A stretch of DNA of 50,188 nucleotides from an uncultured bacterium. GTDB taxonomy: Bacteria > Latescibacterota > Latescibacteria > Latescibacterales > Latescibacteraceae. Numbering within the stretch: the stretch's first letter is position 1; every line of letters starts with the position of its first letter. This document shows, piece after piece, positions 18,007-27,271 of the stretch. The notes below the pieces were generated by a model. That model saw only the letters and a list, made by a program, of their open reading frames with translations. It did not search any database and was not told the origin of the DNA. A program made the translations under genes and the position numbers. The stretch is taken from NCBI GenBank assembly GCA_964456585.1, contig CAYWBT010000004.1:1-50188 (forward strand), in the 5' to 3' direction.

Positions 18007-20145
18007 ATGTCACAAAAAGCAATGTTTACCGCAATAAGTGGTATCAGGAATCAGCAGACGCAGCTTGATGTCATTGCAAACAATGTTGCGAATTCCGGTA
18101 CCATGGGCTTTAAGCGCGGCCGAATGACATTCGAGGAATCATTCACCGTTCAGCTCCAGGGCGCTTCGAGCCCCGCCGGAGCCACGGGCGGCGTTAATCC
18201 TCTTCAGGTAGGTTCAGGTTCGTCGATTGGCTCTATCGACAATATCTTTACCCAGGGTGCCCTCCAATCCACCGGCAGCCAGACGGACTTGGCCCTGAGC
18301 GGCGACGGATTTTTCGTCATTTCGGACGGGCAGCGGGATTACTTCACGCGTGCTGGTTCGTTCCAATGGGACGCCCAGGGGAGAATGGTTATCCCGTTCA
18401 ATGGGATGAAGGTCCAGGCACGGCTCGCCGATGCGAACGGCGAGGTGAACGAAGGCTCGCCAGTCGGCGATCTGGTCGTTCCGTTCGGCACGATTGATGA
18501 GGCCAAGGAGACAACGGAGGTCAAGTTCGTAGGAAATCTCGACGCTTCCGCTGAACCCGTCGGCAACATTCTGCAGAATGATCGCCTGTATGCAAAGGAG
18601 TTGGCCGGCTCTGCCACGGATGTGAACGGTCTCTATGCAAATGGAAACGCCGACCGTCAGATAAGCGGGCTTTCCCCGAATTCCACGACGGTCACGGTGA
18701 CCTCGTCCAATTCCACCGGTGATAACGCGATTACACAGACCTATACCTATGTTACCACCGATACCGGCGCGACGAGTAAGGACTTTAATACGCTGGACGA
18801 TCTCATTGCGGAAATCAACAGCGATTTCGATGCAAATTCCACAGACGCTGCGTTGAGTGTTGAAATGACCGAAGACGGCGCTCTTGCGTTTACCAATCTC
18901 GGGCAGGCCAACAACACGCTGACCATATCCAGTGTCAACTCCGTTCTGAACAAAGCGCTGGCGGTTGCAAACGGGGTGGCCGGGCAGCGTCTCACCGACC
19001 AATTTTCTCATGTTGCGACAGGCAACGATCTTTTGATATATATCCGAAATTCGACCGGTGAAGACCTCGGGCTTCAGACGACTGACACGATCAGTGTCAC
19101 CGGAAGGGTCGGCGGCACCGAAATCGATTCGGTCGAAGGTGGCGATCCCGATCCCTTCGATATCGCAGTCGATGATGGTACCGGGAACAGTATTTCATAC
19201 GGTGATTTGGTCCAGGAGGTCAAGGATTCACTTAGTATCACCAATGTCAAGGGTGTTCAGGTCGACAGCCAGCGGGGAAACATGATTGTCAATGCTGATG
19301 GCGGTTTACTGAACGAGATCACGGCTATCAACATTTCCGCCGTCGATGCTGGCGGAGAAAATGTCGCGGTCTTTAATTCCGTCTTCGATGCCACAGTCGG
19401 GAACTGGGCAGAAAGCCAGCAGGCGAAGGATGCAACCCACGCTTCAGCCGTCCGTATATTGGATTCGCTCGGCAATCCTCATAACATAACGATTAACTTT
19501 ACTAAGGATGTGACCTATCCCAACCGATGGATATGGGAGGCAGCGGTTCCCGAACCGGCCGAACTTTCAGGTGGCTACTCTGGTACCCTCACGTTCGATG
19601 CGAACGGGACACTGGAATCGTACTCTTATTCCCAGGGCGCGAGTTCCCTCACCTTCGATCCGAAAACCGGTGCAGACGTCCCGGTGGATGTCGTACTGGA
19701 TTTCGGAACCATCGGAGAATCGGACGGTTTGAGCCAGTTCGCTGCGACGTCAACCGTGATCGCCCGAGAGCAGGACGGTTATTCGTCGGGTGTATTGGAC
19801 AACGTCGCGATCGATGATAGGGGTATTGTAACGGGATTATTTACCAACGGAAATTCACGGATCATTGCCCAGTTGGTCTTGGCGACATTCAACAATCCGC
19901 CGGGTCTTTCACGGATCGGAGACAACATCTACGATCTATCTGCCAACTCGGGACTGCCCATCTACGGCCTAGCAGGATCGTCCATCCAGACAAAGCTCGT
20001 TCCTGGCGCCGTGGAAATGTCCAACGTGGATATCGCAGAGGAATTTACCGCGATGATCATTGCGCAACGCTCGTTTCAGGCGAATGCACGGACGGTAACG
20101 ACGGCCGATGAACTGATGCAGGAAACGGTAAATCTCAAGCGGTAA
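18007..20145 (+). CDS. flgE: Flagellar hook protein FlgE (712 aa, large central insertion)
   Basis: LDVIANNVANSGTMGFK, TDLALSGDGFF, FTRAGSF, DSLGNPH, VEMSNVDIAEEFTAMIIAQRSFQAN. Confidence 0.96.
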   Translation: MSQKAMFTAISGIRNQQTQLDVIANNVANSGTMGFKRGRMTFEESFTVQLQGASSPAGATGGVNPLQVGSGSSIGSIDNIFTQGALQSTGSQTDLALSGDGFFVISDGQRDYFTRAGSFQWDAQGRMVIPFNGMKVQARLADANGEVNEGSPVGDLVVPFGTIDEAKETTEVKFVGNLDASAEPVGNILQNDRLYAKELAGSATDVNGLYANGNADRQISGLSPNSTTVTVTSSNSTGDNAITQTYTYVTTDTGATSKDFNTLDDLIAEINSDFDANSTDAALSVEMTEDGALAFTNLGQANNTLTISSVNSVLNKALAVANGVAGQRLTDQFSHVATGNDLLIYIRNSTGEDLGLQTTDTISVTGRVGGTEIDSVEGGDPDPFDIAVDDGTGNSISYGDLVQEVKDSLSITNVKGVQVDSQRGNMIVNADGGLLNEITAINISAVDAGGENVAVFNSVFDATVGNWAESQQAKDATHASAVRILDSLGNPHNITINFTKDVTYPNRWIWEAAVPEPAELSGGYSGTLTFDANGTLESYSYSQGASSLTFDPKTGADVPVDVVLDFGTIGESDGLSQFAATSTVIAREQDGYSSGVLDNVAIDDRGIVTGLFTNGNSRIIAQLVLATFNNPPGLSRIGDNIYDLSANSGLPIYGLAGSSIQTKLVPGAVEMSNVDIAEEFTAMIIAQRSFQANARTVTTADELMQETVNLKR

Positions 20146-20337
20146 TTTATATGGCGCAATTATCATGATGGTAGTATATTAATATGTATATATTCTGTAG
20201 GTTTTCTTAAGATTCTCTAACCCGTGGAAGAATTTTGTGAATGTCCGGGCGCATTTGGCCGGACCCCGGGTGCGTGTGTTCTGAACACCGGCGGTTTGTG
20301 CGGTTGCAGATTGATATAACCACTTATTCTGTTAGGT

Positions 20338-20538
20338 ATGACAATGATCAATGTAACGAAACTTAATGATTCGAGGGTCGTCGTCAACTCAGATTTGATT
20401 GAATTTGTCGAGTCGACTCCCGATACGATCATTACCCTCACCACGGGTCAGAAATTCATGGTCAAAGAATCGGTGGAAGAGGTGGTGGAGATGGTGACTG
20501 AATACAAACGGAGTATCTTTAACAAGCCCATCTGCTGA
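20338..20538 (+). CDS. flbD: Flagellar FlbD (SwrD/YlzI) family protein
   Basis: MINVTKLND...NSDLIEFVESTPDTIITLTTGQKFMVKES; between flgE and motA. Confidence 0.92.
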   Translation: MTMINVTKLNDSRVVVNSDLIEFVESTPDTIITLTTGQKFMVKESVEEVVEMVTEYKRSIFNKPIC

Positions 20539-20561
20539 ATGCAAATGACTGGGGACGATAA

Positions 20562-21335
20562 ATGGATATTGCCAGTGTTATTGGTCTCATTCTTGGTATA
20601 GGATTTATCCTATTCGGTATTTTAACGGGGGGGAGCCTGGCGCTCTTCATCGATGTACCCTCGATGTTAATTGTTGTTGGAGGAACCATAGGTGCGACCC
20701 TGATTAACTATCCCCTTGGGGAAGTGATCAAGGTTTTCTCGGTCGTACAGAAGGCGTTTCTCCATAAGGAATTGTCACACCTGGAGGTGATTGATACCCT
20801 GGTGGGATTTGCTGAAACGGCACGCCGGGAGGGTATTCTCTCGCTCGAACAGAAAGCCCAGGAGCTCGATAATGAATTCCTGAAAAAGGGAATCAGCCTT
20901 GCGGTCGATGGTACCGAACCGGAATACATCAAGGAGATCATGACGACCGAGACGGATTACATCGCCGAACGTCACAGCTTCGGAGCGGGTATGTTCGAGC
21001 AGATGGGCATGTTTGCACCTGCATTCGGGATGATTGGCACCCTGATCGGTCTCATCAACATGCTCGCCCACATGGAGGATCCGTCTTCGATCGGTCCGAG
21101 CATGTCGGTGGCGCTCGTGACGACGCTGTACGGTGCGTTTCTCGCAAATCTCATTTTTCTGCCGATTTCAGGAAAACTCAAGGCACGATCCGCGACAGAA
21201 CTTCTGTTGAAGGAAATATCGATAGAAGGGATCATGGCGATCCAGTCAGGAGATAACCCGAGGATTGTCGAGGGAAAACTCAAAGCGTTTCTCTCACCGT
21301 CGCTGCGGGGGGGCGTGAGCTCTGAGGAGGAGTAG
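20562..21335 (+). CDS. motA: Flagellar stator A subunit (MotA/PomA/MotP family)
   Basis: SMLIVVGGT, ARREGILSLE, APAFGMIGTLIGL, VALVTTLYG, IQSGDNP. Confidence 0.95.
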   Translation: MDIASVIGLILGIGFILFGILTGGSLALFIDVPSMLIVVGGTIGATLINYPLGEVIKVFSVVQKAFLHKELSHLEVIDTLVGFAETARREGILSLEQKAQELDNEFLKKGISLAVDGTEPEYIKEIMTTETDYIAERHSFGAGMFEQMGMFAPAFGMIGTLIGLINMLAHMEDPSSIGPSMSVALVTTLYGAFLANLIFLPISGKLKARSATELLLKEISIEGIMAIQSGDNPRIVEGKLKAFLSPSLRGGVSSEEE

Positions 21336-21337
21336 CT

Positions 21338-22036
21338 TTGGCAAAAAAAAAGGTGAAAGATGCCCCGCCGGGGTCACCGGCTTGGATGACGACCTACGGT
21401 GATATGATGACGCTTCTGTTGTGCTTTTTCGTGATGCTCATCTCCATGTCTTCTATGGAGGTCGCGAAAATTCAACAGGCGGCGGCATCACTCAAAGGAG
21501 CGTTATCCGCCCTCCCGTTTCAGGAACGGGTGATGCCCTCTCCGCCGAAAGAGATCCAGCGGCCGTCCCGTGGGGAACGGAAAGGCAGGAAATCAAAAGC
21601 TCTCGCAAAACTGAAGAAGGTGATTCGTGAAAACCAGATGGAAAATATTATTTCAGTTCGTCAGAATGAGCAGGGTATCCATCTCACGATCGGAGATCCG
21701 GCACTTTTCGAAACCGGGAAGGCGGATATCAAACAAAAGATCCTTCCCGTCCTGAACCAGATTTTGGAGATTCTTTCCGAAGCCGAGGATATCATCCGGG
21801 TCGAGGGGCATACTGACAATGTGCCGATACATAATGATACGTTTCGAGACAACTGGGAATTATCCGTTGCACGGTCACTTTCGGTAATACGCTACATCAA
21901 GAACCGGCAGAACATTGATCCCAGGAGGCTGCGGCCGGTTGGCTGCGGGGAGTTTCACCCGGTTGAATCGAACAGTACTGAAGAGGGACGTGCCCTGAAT
22001 CGAAGAGTTGAAATCTATATTGAGATGGGCGATTGA
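21338..22036 (+). CDS. motB: Flagellar stator B subunit (MotB/PomB/MotS family)
   Basis: WMTTYGDMMTLLLCFFVML TM segment with the essential Asp; OmpA-like domain VEGHTD, NWELS, NRRVEI. Confidence 0.95.
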   Translation: MAKKKVKDAPPGSPAWMTTYGDMMTLLLCFFVMLISMSSMEVAKIQQAAASLKGALSALPFQERVMPSPPKEIQRPSRGERKGRKSKALAKLKKVIRENQMENIISVRQNEQGIHLTIGDPALFETGKADIKQKILPVLNQILEILSEAEDIIRVEGHTDNVPIHNDTFRDNWELSVARSLSVIRYIKNRQNIDPRRLRPVGCGEFHPVESNSTEEGRALNRRVEIYIEMGD

Positions 22037-22125
22037 ACTGAGGGAAAGGCAGGCCATGATCAGGTTGCTCACGAACGATTGTCTACTATTCGAACCGTGA
22101 TTATAGCCGAAGAAGGGAAGAATCT

Positions 22126-22599
22126 ATGAACATACTAAAAGTGACAGGTCTTATTTTCGCGGTGCTTCTCGTCAATATTATTGGGGGATACTTCATCGGG
22201 ACAAAGGTGATTATCCCGATGCTGTACAAGCCCGATGCAATGTTTGAAACCACCGAAGTTAAGGAAGAAGGTGTCTCTCAGGATGTAACAACACCCGGGT
22301 TGACGAAAGCACTCGATTCGATAAATCTCAACCCAAGGAACTCTTCCGGCGAGTTCTTTTCCATCGACATCGTTTTCGAAACTCAGGACGAAGCGGTTAT
22401 TGCGGAATTGAATGAACGGAATTTTGAGGTTCTTGACAAAATCTCGACCTACCTGTCGTACAAGACGGTCGATGAGTTGAACGATCCATCGAATTGGGAA
22501 AAATATCGGAAGGAAATGATCGCTATTCTCAATAAAATGTTGCGTAACGGCACCATAACATATATTCATATACCACAGAAAATCATCCAGTTTCCCTAG
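22126..22599 (+). CDS. fliL: Flagellar basal body-associated protein FliL
   Basis: Single N-terminal TM, INLNP, LSYKTVDEL, C-terminal IIQ; between motB and fliM. Confidence 0.85.
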   Translation: MNILKVTGLIFAVLLVNIIGGYFIGTKVIIPMLYKPDAMFETTEVKEEGVSQDVTTPGLTKALDSINLNPRNSSGEFFSIDIVFETQDEAVIAELNERNFEVLDKISTYLSYKTVDELNDPSNWEKYRKEMIAILNKMLRNGTITYIHIPQKIIQFP

Positions 22600-22805
22600 G
22601 AAAATGGTACGGATGAGTCTGATCCCGTGAGGGACAAACCCGGTTGAAGAGAGAATATCCGCTGCAATGGTGCGGTATACTTCAGCTGGAACCGGTGGAA
22701 CTTAGCGTAGTTGGAACGAGTAGAAAGGTATGGGAGTATAATCCGGTATGGTGGCGTGCATCATTCAACTTATAGCGGGTGTAGATGAGGAGATGATACT
22801 TAGCA

Positions 22806-23798
22806 ATGGCAGAGATACTATCACAGGAAGAGATTGATGCTCTGTTGTCGGCCGTTTCATACGGCGAAGAGGTTGAGGTCGAGGCGGAACCAACCAAGGT
22901 AGACCACCTGATCAATACCTACGACTTCCGGCATCCGGCTCGCGTGAGCAAGGATCAACTCAGGACGCTTCAAAATCTGCACGATAATTTCGCACGGCTT
23001 TTGAGCGCGACATTCTCGACACTCCAGCGGGCGATCATCGAAATTAACCTTGTGTCGGTTGATCAGATCACTTACAGCGAATTTATCATGAGTCTTTCCT
23101 CGCCGAGCTGTACGTACACGTTCAGGATGGAACCGCTCGATGGGGTTGCAATCATCGATTTCAGCCAGTCGGTGGTTTTCAGCTTTGTTGACAGGCTTTT
23201 TGGTGGACGGGGAACATCGATCGTGACCGAACGTGAGATTACCTGGATCGAGAAGAGTGTTATGAACAACATTATCAACCGGAGTCTGCGCGACCTCGAA
23301 CGAACATGGGAACGAATAATTCCCCTCGAGTGCAATGTGGAAATGCTCGAGACCAATCCTGAGTTTGTCCAGGTGGTTCCTTCGTCGGAAACTGTAGTAC
23401 TCATTTCTTTCGAGTTGAAGAGCGAAAATGTCAGTGGTTTGATCAATCTTTGCTATCCGTACATAACGATCGAACCGATCGCCCTCCGTCTCGGAGGACA
23501 GAACCTGGTCAGCTCCGCCAAGGAAGTTCCCCGTGAGGAACTTATGAAGAATCGGAAGCGGATGGAATTATTCTATTCGCATATGACAGCCATCCTGGGG
23601 CAGACGAATTTGAAGGTGGAAGATTTACTGAATCTGAAGCTCGGTGATATCCTCACGCTCGATACAAAGGCAAACGAGGACGTGGCAATTTACGTTGAAG
23701 ACCAGCTCAAATTTTATGGGCGCCCTGGTATCACGGGAAAGAACAGGGGGATTCAGGTCACTGCTAACATCGTTGCAAAAGAATTGGAGGATGAATAG
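22806..23798 (+). CDS. fliM: Flagellar motor switch protein FliM
   Basis: CheY-binding ILSQEEIDALL, YDFRHP, LFGGRG, ETNPEF, C-terminal SPOA domain. Confidence 0.97.
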   Translation: MAEILSQEEIDALLSAVSYGEEVEVEAEPTKVDHLINTYDFRHPARVSKDQLRTLQNLHDNFARLLSATFSTLQRAIIEINLVSVDQITYSEFIMSLSSPSCTYTFRMEPLDGVAIIDFSQSVVFSFVDRLFGGRGTSIVTEREITWIEKSVMNNIINRSLRDLERTWERIIPLECNVEMLETNPEFVQVVPSSETVVLISFELKSENVSGLINLCYPYITIEPIALRLGGQNLVSSAKEVPREELMKNRKRMELFYSHMTAILGQTNLKVEDLLNLKLGDILTLDTKANEDVAIYVEDQLKFYGRPGITGKNRGIQVTANIVAKELEDE

Positions 23799-23801
23799 AT
23801 T

Positions 23802-24500
23802 ATGGTTGCGGAAAACGAAGATATACAGGAAGAAAAGACCGAAGAATCTTCAGAGGCGAATACTGAAGAATCTACAGAGGCGAAGAGCGAAGAGCTCGAA
23901 GATCAGATGGCTGAGACGCTGGTTTCCGAAGGTCTGGGAGATACCGCGGAAGATGACCTTGAGGCGCAGATGGCGGCCGCCATGGCCGCGGAAAGTCTCG
24001 GATCGGATGAAGAGGATGACCTTGAGGCGCAGATGGCAGCCGCCATGGCTGGCGAGATTGCCGAGGGAGAAAGCGACGAAGAGGGAGATGATCTGGAAGC
24101 CCAGATAGCAGCCGCCATGGGTGGCGCAGATGGTGAAGATGATGACCTTCTGAGTGCCTTGTCAGATGAAACGGAAGAAGAAGCTACACCGGTCAAACCG
24201 GTCAATTTTCAAGGGCTGACACCAACCGATGAGAAAGGTGAGAAAGCGAACATCGAACGTCTCTTGGATATCGGATTGAGTCTATCGGTCGAGCTTGGCC
24301 GGAAAGACATGAAGATTCAGGACATCCTTAACCTGGGACCCGGCAAGATCATCGAGCTCGACAAGCTCGCCGGTGAACCGGTTGATCTCCTCGTGAACGG
24401 CAGGCTTCTCGCAAAGGGTGAAGTGGTTGTAGTAGATGAAAATTTTGGTGTTCGTATCACCGAACTGATTGATCCCGTAGACCGTATTAAAATGCTGTAA
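23802..24500 (+). CDS. fliN: Flagellar motor switch protein FliN with long acidic N-terminal extension
   Basis: C-terminal NIERLLDI...VELGR...[11 protein letters not shown]...[14 protein letters not shown]. Confidence 0.93.
   Translation: MVAENEDIQEEKTEESSEANTEESTEAKSEELEDQMAETLVSEGLGDTAEDDLEAQMAAAMAAESLGSDEEDDLEAQMAAAMAGEIAEGESDEEGDDLEAQIAAAMGGADGEDDDLLSALSDETEEEATPVKPVNFQGLTPTDEKGEKANIERLLDIGLSLSVELGRKDMKIQDILNLGPGKIIELDKLAGEPVDLLVNGRLLAKGEVVVVDENFGVRITELIDPVDRIKML
23952..24122 (+). repeat. Three copies of DDLEAQ(M/I)AAAM in the FliN N-terminus
   Basis: GATGACCTTGAGGCGCAGATGGC at 23952 and 24015, with a degenerate copy at 24087. Confidence 0.9.
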
Positions 24501-24509
24501 GAATGGAGT

Positions 24510-25025
24510 GTGATGACAGTTTTCAATGTACTGGCGAATTTGCCTGATTGCATGGTGGTGGTACGATTATTTTTCCGCGGATTCTTTCCCGTAACAGTGC
24601 TCGCTTCGGCCGATAACGGAACGGGACATGCCGGTGCCGCGGATTCTCTTGGAACGTTCACCAGTCCACTGGCTTCTGAGTTAAGCTTTTTTCTTCGTTT
24701 CATATTTGCGCTTGCAATTGTTATAATTCTTCTTATTATTACCCTGTGGGTTCTCAAGCAGATATTGAAATTCAGGGTATCCGGTCCTACAACCGGGGCA
24801 ATCGATGTACTCACCGTCCATTACCTCGATCAGAAAAAAGCGGTTGCCCTTGTCCGGATACAAAGAAGGGTTCTGATCGTTGGAATCGCTGAGAACTCAC
24901 TTTCCACACTCGGGGAACTCGCACCCGAGGAAATTGACGAACTGAAGCTTAATACTACAACAGAGACCAGTGTATTTGGAAACGTTCTTACGCGGTTTTT
25001 CGGCAGAAGGAAAGCACCCGGATAA
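24510..25025 (+). CDS. fliO: Flagellar biosynthesis protein FliO/FliZ
   Basis: TM segment followed by IDVL...LDQKKAVALVRIQRRVLIVGI; between fliN and fliP; start uncertain. Confidence 0.85.
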   Translation: MMTVFNVLANLPDCMVVVRLFFRGFFPVTVLASADNGTGHAGAADSLGTFTSPLASELSFFLRFIFALAIVIILLIITLWVLKQILKFRVSGPTTGAIDVLTVHYLDQKKAVALVRIQRRVLIVGIAENSLSTLGELAPEEIDELKLNTTTETSVFGNVLTRFFGRRKAPG

Positions 25026-25071
25026 CATCCGACTCTTGTTACTCAGTGTCTCGGCAGGTGCTGGGAGACGG

Positions 25072-25851
25072 ATGGCGCGGTTGTTTTTCATGGCGCTTGT
25101 CTGTTTCCTTCTGATCGTGGTGTCAGTGAACACCGTGCTTGCCCAGGTGCCACCCCAGCCAGCCGCACCGTTAACGCTTCCTTCTCTCCAGATCCAGCTC
25201 GGCCGGAGCGAATCTCCGGAAGAGCTGACCACGACGATACAGATTATTCTTATCATTACGCTCCTGACACTCGCCCCGGCGATATTGATCCTCGTGACAT
25301 CTTTCACCCGTATCATCATAGTGCTCTCGCTTTTGCGTCATGCCCTGAGTACCCAGCAGATACCGCCTAATCAGGTGCTCGTCGGTCTGGCGCTGTTCTT
25401 GACCGTCTTCATTATGTCGCCGGTTTTAGAGGAGATCAACGACCGGGCTGTTCAGCCGTATCTGGCGCGGGAGATCGATCAGCAGACCGCAATCAACAAT
25501 GCGATGGTTCCGATCAGGTCGTTCATGTTTCACAACGTACGGCAGAAGGATCTGGTGCTTTTTTTGAATATTGCAGGCGAGTCGAGGCCCGATAATGACG
25601 CGGATGTTCGTACCCGGGTGCTCATACCGGCGTTTGTAATTTCAGAGCTCAAAATGGCGTTCCAGATGGGTTTCATGCTCTTTATCCCGTTTTTGATCAT
25701 AGACATGGTGGTGGCGAGCATTTTAATGAGCATGGGTATGATGATGCTTCCACCGATCATGGTTTCGCTCCCGTTTAAGATACTCTTGTTTGTGCTGGTG
25801 GACGGCTGGAATCTGCTGGTTCATTCCCTCGTTGCAAGTTTCCGGATGTGA
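25072..25851 (+). CDS. fliP: Flagellar export gate protein FliP
   Basis: Signal peptide from ATG 25072, TSFTRIIIV, PPNQVL, PAFVISELK, MGMMMLPP, FVLVDGW. Confidence 0.97.
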   Translation: MARLFFMALVCFLLIVVSVNTVLAQVPPQPAAPLTLPSLQIQLGRSESPEELTTTIQIILIITLLTLAPAILILVTSFTRIIIVLSLLRHALSTQQIPPNQVLVGLALFLTVFIMSPVLEEINDRAVQPYLAREIDQQTAINNAMVPIRSFMFHNVRQKDLVLFLNIAGESRPDNDADVRTRVLIPAFVISELKMAFQMGFMLFIPFLIIDMVVASILMSMGMMMLPPIMVSLPFKILLFVLVDGWNLLVHSLVASFRM

Positions 25852-25877
25852 GCGTTCAGATGTGAAAGGAGTTGCAG

Positions 25878-26147
25878 GTGGGTCCTGATTTTGCTGTCAA
25901 CATCGCACGTCAGGCAATGCTGATAACGTTTCTCATTGCGGCCCCGATGCTCGGTTTCGGCCTCCTCGTGGGGCTCATCGTCAGCATTTTCCAGGCGGTT
26001 ACCCAGATCAACGAGATGACCCTGACCTTTATTCCGAAGATCATTGCGGTTGCGGTTGCGTTCGCCCTCTTTCTCCCCTGGATCATGAACCTCCTGGTAA
26101 ACTTTACCATTCAACTAATTCAGCGCTTTCCGGATATTCCCCTGTGA
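25878..26147 (+). CDS. fliQ: Flagellar export gate protein FliQ
   Basis: GLIVSIFQAVTQINEMTLTFIPKI; GTG at 25878 after AAGGAG. Confidence 0.97.
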   Translation: MGPDFAVNIARQAMLITFLIAAPMLGFGLLVGLIVSIFQAVTQINEMTLTFIPKIIAVAVAFALFLPWIMNLLVNFTIQLIQRFPDIPL

Positions 26148-26244
26148 CCTTCCAACAAGGAGAGTGCGGGGGAAAGCCGTTGACCCGGAACCCCGGCCGG
26201 GGAAGACCTGTTGTGGTTACCACCATTTTTTCACGAGAATTAGC

Positions 26245-27024
26245 ATGAATCCATTGGGCATTACCATAGAGGACATCTATCGACTGATGCTCCTCATGTT
26301 CCGCACCGGGGCGCTTCTCATGACCGTACCGGTCTTCGGGCACGTTGCGATTCCGCGTCAGCTCCGCGTCTGGTTGATAATCATGCTGGCCTTCATGATT
26401 TTTCCTTCCCCGGTGGTTGAAACCATCGAGACACCGTCCACCACGTTCCAACTTGCCCTGGTGATTCTTGTCGAGCTGGCTGTCGGATTTGCCATGGGAT
26501 TCGCGGTTATTATTCTTTTTGCCGCCGTGCAGTTTGCCGGCCATCTTATCGGCCTCCAGATGGGTCTTGCGGTTGCAAACATCATGGATCCCATGAGTGC
26601 CAGTCAGATATCGATCATCGGGGAATTCTATTACCTGGTGAGCCTCCTGATTTTTCTCATGATTGACGGGCATCATTTTGTGATCAGGGCGCTCGTCTGG
26701 AGCTTCGAACTGATACCGGTCGGCGGTATGTCGTTCGGACCGGATATCGGTGATTATATCATTGCTCTGACGGTCAATCTGTTTGTTGTCGGGATAAAAC
26801 TTGCGACACCGCTTATCATCACCATTTTCATCCTGAATGTCGTTATGGGTATTGTATCGCGTACGGTGCCCCAGATGAACGTTTTCATCGTTGGTTTTCC
26901 CCTTGCCATCGGTGTGGGACTTTTTATGATCAGGCTTTCCCTACCGTTCTTCAAGGTGGTGCTGATCAACGCATTCCAGGGGCTTGAAACCGATGTAATG
27001 AGCATTATCAATCTGCTGCGGTGA
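26245..27024 (+). CDS. fliR: Flagellar export gate protein FliR
   Basis: FAGHLIGLQMGL, DGHH, RTVPQMNVFIVGFP; probable ATG at 26245. Confidence 0.96.
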   Translation: MNPLGITIEDIYRLMLLMFRTGALLMTVPVFGHVAIPRQLRVWLIIMLAFMIFPSPVVETIETPSTTFQLALVILVELAVGFAMGFAVIILFAAVQFAGHLIGLQMGLAVANIMDPMSASQISIIGEFYYLVSLLIFLMIDGHHFVIRALVWSFELIPVGGMSFGPDIGDYIIALTVNLFVVGIKLATPLIITIFILNVVMGIVSRTVPQMNVFIVGFPLAIGVGLFMIRLSLPFFKVVLINAFQGLETDVMSIINLLR

Positions 27025-27067
27025 GGCAACGCGGTTCCTCCGGTTTTTACGTCCGCAGTTTATTTTG

Positions 27068-27096
27068 TTGTAAAATGCTCTTCAAACGCTTATTTT
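27068..27096 (+). promoter_or_regulatory. Possible sigma70-type promoter of flhB
   Basis: TTGTAA, 17 nt spacer, TATTTT in an AT-rich patch of the 247-bp fliR-flhB spacer. Confidence 0.4.
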
Positions 27097-27271
27097 AAAA
27101 GGAAATAACAACGGGCGACGGGTGAGAGATAGGCGCCCGGGATCAGACGATGTGATCCGGTGGTGTCGTGAGGTGTGCAGAGTAATACTCCTGCTTTGGT
27201 GACGTTGCATGGGCTGTTCGTTATCTACCGTACCCGGAAAAGAGACCGTGTTCCCGAGGAGGTGAGCGTAC

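Noticed and set aside
20243-20265. Second GGCCGGACC 9-mer just downstream of flgE
   Set aside because: It sits in a different hairpin (GTCCGG/CCGGAC) and lacks the GGAGGCC arm and second hairpin; probably chance.
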